The notes under the pieces: model-generated
The model's input: the letters and a program-made list of their open reading frames with translations, nothing else
What the model was told of the DNA's origin: nothing
Database searches by the model: none
Origin: Polyangiales bacterium
GTDB lineage: Bacteria > Myxococcota_A > Polyangia > Polyangiales > JADJQN01
DNA length: 46,311 nucleotides
Reading direction: 5' to 3'
Assembly (NCBI GenBank): GCA_964202905.1
Contig: CAXNJO010000018.1
Span: 1-46,311 of the forward strand
Part shown: positions 40,959-46,311 of the stretch, in pieces
How the letters are laid out: each line of letters begins with the position of its first letter
Position numbering within the stretch: the first letter of the stretch is position 1
Made by a program: the position numbers and the translations under genes

Positions 40959-41050
40959 CCTGAGCGGGGGACGCGTCGCCCGGGATTCCCGAGCGCCGCG
41001 CCGCCGCGCCGCCCCCCGAGGGGTGGAACACCACGCCCCGCGAGGGCCCA

Positions 41051-41084
41051 CGCGACGCCCGGTCCGAAAGGATCGGGCGTCGTG
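41051..41084. terminator. 15-bp stem with a GAAA tetraloop
   Basis: CGCGACGCCCGGTCC-GAAA-GGATCGGGCGTCGTG (two G-U pairs), between convergent genes. Confidence 0.6.
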
Positions 41085-41259
41085 TCGTTGGTGCGCCAGG
41101 ACGAGCGCGCCGCGCGCAGGCCCGCTTCGCATCACATGACATTCGATTCAGGATATCTGATTCGCGATACCGTTTTCCGGCTTGTCGCGGGCGGGTCGCA
41201 CGCACACGCGACGCCTCGCGCCCCCGGCGGGCTTGCGCAGCGACGTCAGCCGAAGCCGA

Positions 41260-41809
41260 CCCGCGCTGACGAGCCAGCCCTCGAAGCGCTCGATCTGCAC
41301 GAGCAGCTCGTTCACCTGGCACACCTCCCACGAGCGCCGTGCGCCACGGCGCGGCTGGAGGAAGGAGTCGGCCTCGTCGAGGATCAGCAGCGCGCCGCGC
41401 GATTTGGCCTCGGTGAACGCGGCGGCGAGGTTGCGCTCGGTGCCTCCGACGTACTTCGAGAGCAGCTGCGACGCGGTGCGCGCGACGACGGGGCGCGCGT
41501 GCCGGCGCGCGATCTCTTCGGCGAGCGCGGACTTCCCCGTGCCCGGCGCCCCGTGGAAGAGCATGCAGCCGCGCGGCCCACGTCCGAGCGCCGCGCAGCA
41601 ACTTGCCCTCGGGCGCGAGCGCGGCGCGCACCGCGTCGACCGGGGCCGGGAGCGCCGCAGCGAGGAGCGTGGCGACCGCGTCGTACGCGGAGACGCCCGC
41701 CTGCGGGGTGACGCCCTCCTGCGGGGCCGCGCGCTCGAGGAGCTGCTCGAAGACGTCGTGCGTCGAGGCGCATCGGCCCGCGCGGCCCGACTCGGTGTTG
41801 CACGGTCAT
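41260..41809 (-). pseudogene. Decayed AAA+ ATPase
   Basis: LFHGAPGTGKS, LLSKYVGGTERN, LILDEADSFL and VNELLVQIE. The N-terminal piece (AVRAALAPEGKLL) is in another frame and similarity stops after FEGWLV. Confidence 0.8.
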
Positions 41810-42780
41810 GGGCGCCCTTCCTTGCGGCAGCGCGCGACGAGCGCGTTGCAACCCAGTTGCAATCGCTTGAACTCCTCCGTGCGGGCGGCCGCGACCGCGG
41901 GCGCGGCGACGAGGTGCGGATCGGGGTGCCGCTTGGCGAGCGTCCGAGCGCGCGCGGCGAGGACCTCGGCGCCGCTGCACGGCCAGCGGAGCCCGGAGAG
42001 CTCGAGGTAGAAGCGCTCGTCGTCCGTGAACGTCTCCACGCGCGACGGGCTGGGCGTGGGTCCGCGGCCCCAGCCGCCCGTGGGGAAACCCTCGTCGTCG
42101 AGCGGCGTGGACGCGCCACCCTCGTCGTCCTCGTCGTCCTCGTCGTCCTCGTCGTCGCCGTGGCCGCCGCCGCCGGGCTGCCCTCCGGTGCCGTCGTCGT
42201 CGCCGAAATCGTCGTCGTCGTCGAGGTCCTCCTGCGCCTCCGCGACCTCGTCCTCGTCGTCCTCGTCGTCCTCGTCGTCGGGGTCGGGGTCGAGCGCGTC
42301 GACGCGGTCCTCGAGGGGCGGGGATTCGAAGCCATAGATGCGCGCGCGGGCGTGGATGGCCTCGGCCACCTCGTGGAGGTCCGCCACGCGCTGCCCCATC
42401 CGGCAGCGGACGTCCGTGAGCGTGAGTCGGCTGAGCAGCGCGAGCAGATCGAGCAGCGCGTTGCCGTGGCGCCAGGTGGTGGCGCGCGTGTCGAGGGCCT
42501 CCTCGAGGACGAACGAGAGATCGCCCTCGAGGGCTCCCTCGAGCAAGGCCCCCTCGTCGTTCTCTGCAGACTCGGCGTCGCCGTCGGCGCTCGGCATGTC
42601 GTCGAGGAGGTCGCTGATGCGGTCGATCACCTGGCCCGTGCGGAGGTCCTCGCGCTCGACCAGCGCGGCGATCGGCGCGACGAGCGTGGAGAGCGGCTCC
42701 TCGAGCTCGGCGTGCAGGTCGGAGAGCGCGTGGACGGACGCGGCGGCGTCGGACGCGGTGAGCTTGATCCGGATCTTCAC
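41806..42780 (-). CDS. Acidic protein with a C-terminal J-domain-like region
   Basis: D/E tracts, then GLRWPCSGAEVLAARARTLAKRHPD...EEFKRLQ (HPD motif). Confidence 0.7.
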   Translation of the reverse strand: MKIRIKLTASDAAASVHALSDLHAELEEPLSTLVAPIAALVEREDLRTGQVIDRISDLLDDMPSADGDAESAENDEGALLEGALEGDLSFVLEEALDTRATTWRHGNALLDLLALLSRLTLTDVRCRMGQRVADLHEVAEAIHARARIYGFESPPLEDRVDALDPDPDDEDDEDDEDEVAEAQEDLDDDDDFGDDDGTGGQPGGGGHGDDEDDEDDEDDEGGASTPLDDEGFPTGGWGRGPTPSPSRVETFTDDERFYLELSGLRWPCSGAEVLAARARTLAKRHPDPHLVAAPAVAAARTEEFKRLQLGCNALVARCRKEGRP

Positions 42781-42820
42781 GAAGGGTGCCTCGCGGGGTT
42801 GGCGTCGAAGAGCGTGCGGC

Positions 42821-43468
42821 TCAGGTGGCGGCCGTGAGCAGGTAGGCGGACATCACGCGGGCGAGGTCGCGGTCGATGCCGCGCTCGAAGTGCCGCGCCC
42901 GGCACTGCATCCAGAGAGCGAGGGCGGCGGCGTTCTCTCGGGCCCCGCGCTGCAGCGCACTCCGCTTCTCCACGATGCGCCCCGCGCCGAGCTCGAGGCG
43001 AATGACGGCCGCATCGCCTTCCCGCCCCAGCCAGATGGCGCTCTTCGGCAATTCGAGCCGCCCCGCGGACCGACACACGAGCGCCCACGCATCCGCCGGG
43101 CTCATCTCCCCCTGATACAGGCTCACGCCCCGGGGCCGCGTCGCCGCCACCGTCTGATCGACCCGCGCGAGCGACACGCCATCCCCGTGCAGCGCATCGC
43201 CGACATGCTCGATCCCCCGCTCGTGGTTGCGCGCGAGATCCTCGAGCCACTGCACGAGCGCCCCGAAGTTCGCCTCCACATCCACCTGCCCCGCGCAGCT
43301 CCGCGTCACGTGCGCCCCGCCGATCGGCAGCGAAAGCGCCATCCCATGCGCCCCCCCCGCCACCCGCCGCACCTTCAGCGCCGACCGCGCCACCCCGAGC
43401 CGGTCCGCCACCCGCCCCGCCTTCTCGACCAACGCCCCCCGATCCACCGCGCCCGCATAGCGATTCAT
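42821..43468 (-). CDS. Hypothetical protein with an internal two-fold repeat
   Basis: EANFGALVQWLEDLARNHERGIE versus RENAAALALWMQCRARHFERGID. Likely start ATG 43468. Confidence 0.7.
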   Translation of the reverse strand: MNRYAGAVDRGALVEKAGRVADRLGVARSALKVRRVAGGAHGMALSLPIGGAHVTRSCAGQVDVEANFGALVQWLEDLARNHERGIEHVGDALHGDGVSLARVDQTVAATRPRGVSLYQGEMSPADAWALVCRSAGRLELPKSAIWLGREGDAAVIRLELGAGRIVEKRSALQRGARENAAALALWMQCRARHFERGIDRDLARVMSAYLLTAAT

Positions 43469-43702
43469 CCGCAACCTCCCGCACGCGCCACCCCGCCCGC
43501 CGGCGCACCGCGCGCCACCGCCACCCGCCCCAAACAGACGTACGCGCCCCCCGGTGACTGACAGCCACCGTCCGACTTTCACGCGTTGGAAGCGTCACCC
43601 AACGCGCACCACTGAACGCCTGATCGGATATCGCAACATCCACCCGCCGACCGCAAGCAGGGGAGGCGGAGCGGCCCGCGCTGCCTGGAAGATGGCCGCG
43701 GA

Positions 43703-43963
43703 GAACTCCGAGTTCTCGAGGTCGATTCCGAAACCCCTCGGGTGTAACTCCGAGTTCACGAAATGGATTTTGAAATCGATCCGCGTAACTCCGAGTTCAC
43801 GAAGAAGGTTTTGAAAATCGATTCGGAGAACTCCGAGTTCCCGAAATGGGTTTTGAAATCGATCCGGAGCACTCCGAGTTCTCGAAAAGGTTTTTGAAAT
43901 CGATTCGGAGAACTCCGAGTTCCCCCGCGTCGTTTTTCGCGCAACCGGCCGAACTCGGCGCCG
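43703..43963. repeat. Non-coding AT-rich array of palindromic cores, 41-42 bp period
   Basis: Cores of consensus GAACTCCGAGTTC at 43703, 43745, 43786, 43828, 43869 and 43910, plus a degenerate copy at 43951. Confidence 0.92.
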
Positions 43964-44023
43964 AGAAGGTGCGCGTTACGCCAACGACATCCGCGTCACG
44001 CACGCGGGCAGGAGGACAAGGTC

Positions 44024-44887
44024 ATGGGAAATCGTCACGTCGATGAAGTGCTTACCCCTGAGCAGGTCGCGTCCCTCGACGCGCTGAACGACCTGCGGGC
44101 CGAGCTCAGGGCCATGCCCGAGCGTGAGATCGAGCGGCGCACGACGCTCGACCCGAGCAGCTCGGCGCTCGTCGCCGGCGCGACGGCGAAGAAGGTGGAG
44201 CCGTTCCGCGCGGAGCTGATCGCCACCTTCGGGCCGCAGGCGGGGGAGGTGCTCGACCAGCTGCCGGTCGTCGCGCTCGCGACGCGGCAGGCGGACATCG
44301 AGCTCACGACGAGCACGCCCGCCAACGATCTCACGGAGCTGTTCGAGCAGGTCCGCGCGATGCAGCAGCTACTCCTCACCGACGCGGATGCGCTCGCGCT
44401 GCGGGGGCACCTCGACCCGAAGCGGCTCGAGCCCGCGCGCAACGTGCAGGGCTATCTGGCCACGGTCGACAGCGTCGAGCGCCTCGTGTCTTTGCTGCGC
44501 GAGGACTGGGACAGGCTCGCGCCGCACACCCCGCTCAAGGTGGCGGAGCTCGATCGCGCGGTCGTGCTGGCGAAGAGCCTCTCCGCCGCCGTCGCCGCGC
44601 GTGACAACGGCGTCCACCGCGCGCCGGCCATCGAGACGCGCATCCGCGTGCTCAGCAAGCTCATGCGCCTCTACGACGCGCTGCGCCGCATGATGACGTA
44701 CCTGCGCTGGGAGCAGGACGACGTCGACCAGCTCGTGCCGTCCCTCTGGGCGAGTCGCGGCCGCCGCACGCGCTCGCGGAACGACGTCGACCCGAACCCC
44801 CGGACCCCCGCGCTCGACGACGACGGCGAGCCCTCGACGCCCGTCCCCCCGAGCCCCGTCAACGGCGGCGCGCCGTTCACCTCGTGA
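44024..44887 (+). CDS. Hypothetical, predicted alpha-helical protein
   Basis: RBS AGGAGG at 44010-44015, 287 aa, C-terminal YLRWEQDDVDQLVPSLW. Confidence 0.85.
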   Translation: MGNRHVDEVLTPEQVASLDALNDLRAELRAMPEREIERRTTLDPSSSALVAGATAKKVEPFRAELIATFGPQAGEVLDQLPVVALATRQADIELTTSTPANDLTELFEQVRAMQQLLLTDADALALRGHLDPKRLEPARNVQGYLATVDSVERLVSLLREDWDRLAPHTPLKVAELDRAVVLAKSLSAAVAARDNGVHRAPAIETRIRVLSKLMRLYDALRRMMTYLRWEQDDVDQLVPSLWASRGRRTRSRNDVDPNPRTPALDDDGEPSTPVPPSPVNGGAPFTS

Positions 44888-44946
44888 GCGCGTGAACGCC
44901 AGCGACTCGACGCCCAGCGGGTGATTCGGAGAAAGGACGTTCCGCC

Positions 44947-46311
44947 ATGCCTCCCCAACTCCACCTCGGTGGGCGCCATTCGCTGGATGGGCGCAAGAAT
45001 CTCGGCGCGTTCGCGCTGCCGGCGCATGACCTGCTCACGCACGCGGTGATCGTCGGCATGACCGGCAGCGGCAAGACGGGCCTCCTCACCGTCCTGGTCG
45101 AGGAGGCCCTCCGCGCGGAGGTGCCCGTGTTGATGATCGATGTGAAGGGGGATTTGCCGAATCTCAAGCTCGCATTCCCCTCCTTCGACGCTGCGACGAT
45201 GACGCCCTGGGTCGAGCCCGCCGCGGGCGACGACGACGGCATCGCCGACGAACCGATCGTGCGTGAGGCCCTCGAAGCGCGGCGCAAGGGCCTGAGCGCG
45301 TGGCAGATCGGTGAGCCCGAGCTCGCGGCGTTCGCGCAGAAGACGCGCGTGCGCGTGATCACGCCCGGGTCCGACGCCGGCGAACCGCTTCACCTCCTCT
45401 CCGCGCTCGAGCGCCGCTCCGCGCGCTGGGACACGGACCCGGCGGGCGCGCGCGCCACGCTGAGCGCGGCCGTGTCCCTGCTGCTGCGCCTCACCGGGCG
45501 CGGGGCCGATCCCGGTCGCAGCCGCGAGCATGCCTTCCTCTGCGTGCTCGCCGAGGCCCGCCTCCTGCGCGGGCGCACGGCGTCCCTCGCGGAGCTGCTG
45601 CCGGAGATCCTCGAGCCGCCCGTGACGGAGGTCGGCGCGCTGCCCGTCGATGCGTTCGTGCCGCCGCGCCTGCGCGCAGAGCTCGCCGCAGACCTCAACA
45701 CCCTCATCGCCTCGCCCGCGTTCGCCGCGTGGCGACAGGGCCAGGATCTCGACGTCGGCCGGTGGATGCAGCCGGTCGACGGCCAGACCCCGGCGACCAT
45801 CGTGAGCGTCGCCCACCTCGACGACGAAGAGCGCGCGCTCGTGCTCGGTGTCGTGCTCGAAGAGGTGCTGACCTGGGTGCGCAGCCTGCCGGGCAGCGCG
45901 CGCCTCAAGGCGCTCCTCGTCTTCGACGAGGTGTACGGCTTCCTGCCGCCGCACCCCGCCAACCCCCCGACCAAACGCCCGCTGGTCGCGCTCATGAAGC
46001 AGGCCCGCGCCTACGGCGTCGGCTGCATCCTCGCGACCCAGAACCCGATGGACCTCGACTACCGCGCCCTCTCGAACGCCGGCACCTGGATGCTCGGCCG
46101 CCTGCAGACCGACGCCGACCGCACCCGCGTGATGGAGGGCCTCGGCGAGAACAAGAAAAAGAGCGCCCTCGGCGACCTCGTCAAGCGACTCGCCCCGCGC
46201 TGGTTCGTGGTGCGCGACGCCAGGAGCTCGACACCCACGCTGCTCAACCCGCGCTGGGCCATGTCGTATCTGCGCGGCCCCATGACGCAGAGCGAGATCC
46301 GGCGGGCGCGG
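44947..46311 (+). CDS. HerA/FtsK-superfamily ATPase (DUF87/DUF853-like), runs off the window end
   Basis: Missing from the ORF track because it has no stop in the window. THAVIVGMTGSGKT (Walker A), MIDVKGD, LLVFDEVYG (Walker B) and KQARAYGVGCILATQNP. Confidence 0.9.
   Translation, partial: MPPQLHLGGRHSLDGRKNLGAFALPAHDLLTHAVIVGMTGSGKTGLLTVLVEEALRAEVPVLMIDVKGDLPNLKLAFPSFDAATMTPWVEPAAGDDDGIADEPIVREALEARRKGLSAWQIGEPELAAFAQKTRVRVITPGSDAGEPLHLLSALERRSARWDTDPAGARATLSAAVSLLLRLTGRGADPGRSREHAFLCVLAEARLLRGRTASLAELLPEILEPPVTEVGALPVDAFVPPRLRAELAADLNTLIASPAFAAWRQGQDLDVGRWMQPVDGQTPATIVSVAHLDDEERALVLGVVLEEVLTWVRSLPGSARLKALLVFDEVYGFLPPHPANPPTKRPLVALMKQARAYGVGCILATQNPMDLDYRALSNAGTWMLGRLQTDADRTRVMEGLGENKKKSALGDLVKRLAPRWFVVRDARSSTPTLLNPRWAMSYLRGPMTQSEIRRAR

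Noticed and set aside
43530..43570. PafBC/WYL-type promoter motif (TGTCAG...) upstream of the J-domain operon
   Set aside because: Spacing to the TA element does not fit the TGTCGG-N10-TA pattern.
43703..43963. CRISPR array
   Set aside because: The conserved core is only 13 bp, the spacers resemble each other rather than being unique, and no cas genes are in the window.

Overview
High-GC DNA whose gene content (Cys-rich lipoproteins, Ser/Thr kinase, zinc-ribbon/TPR protein, sigma54 enhancer-binding protein) points to a myxobacterium, probably Polyangia/Sandaracinaceae-like; this is inference. All family calls come from motif recognition by eye, and no searches were run. Layout: (1) 1-5100 is a decayed accessory zone with two lipoproteins and fragments of an ISAzo13-type transposase, two back-to-back IS91-type 3' ends, parA and an SRPBCC gene. 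(2) 5100-41000 is mostly core or secreted functions: histidine kinase, hydrolase, PLP decarboxylase, truncated globin, Rieske oxygenase, a sigma54-EBP/FliA-like sigma pair, zapA-6S RNA-5-formyl-THF cyclo-ligase, nucleoside salvage genes, rplU-rpmA and a 5'-nucleotidase. (3) 41100-end is an accessory island. Two candidate new systems stand out. (A) 12716-15436 is a chryseobasin-like RiPP locus: a Pro-rich lipoprotein precursor ending in a one-cysteine AAACGRG tail, a ChrH-type MNIO (DUF692), and a Zn-dependent dehydrogenase carrying what looks like the MNIO's split-off C-terminal domain. (B) 43703-46311 is a non-coding AT-rich array of 6-7 palindromic GAACTCCGAGTTC cores at 41-42 bp period, with one spacer inverted, ahead of an unknown helical protein and a HerA-like ATPase. 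Several apparent single-C insertions (zapA, the deaminase 3' end) suggest sequencing errors, so frameshift-dependent claims need care.
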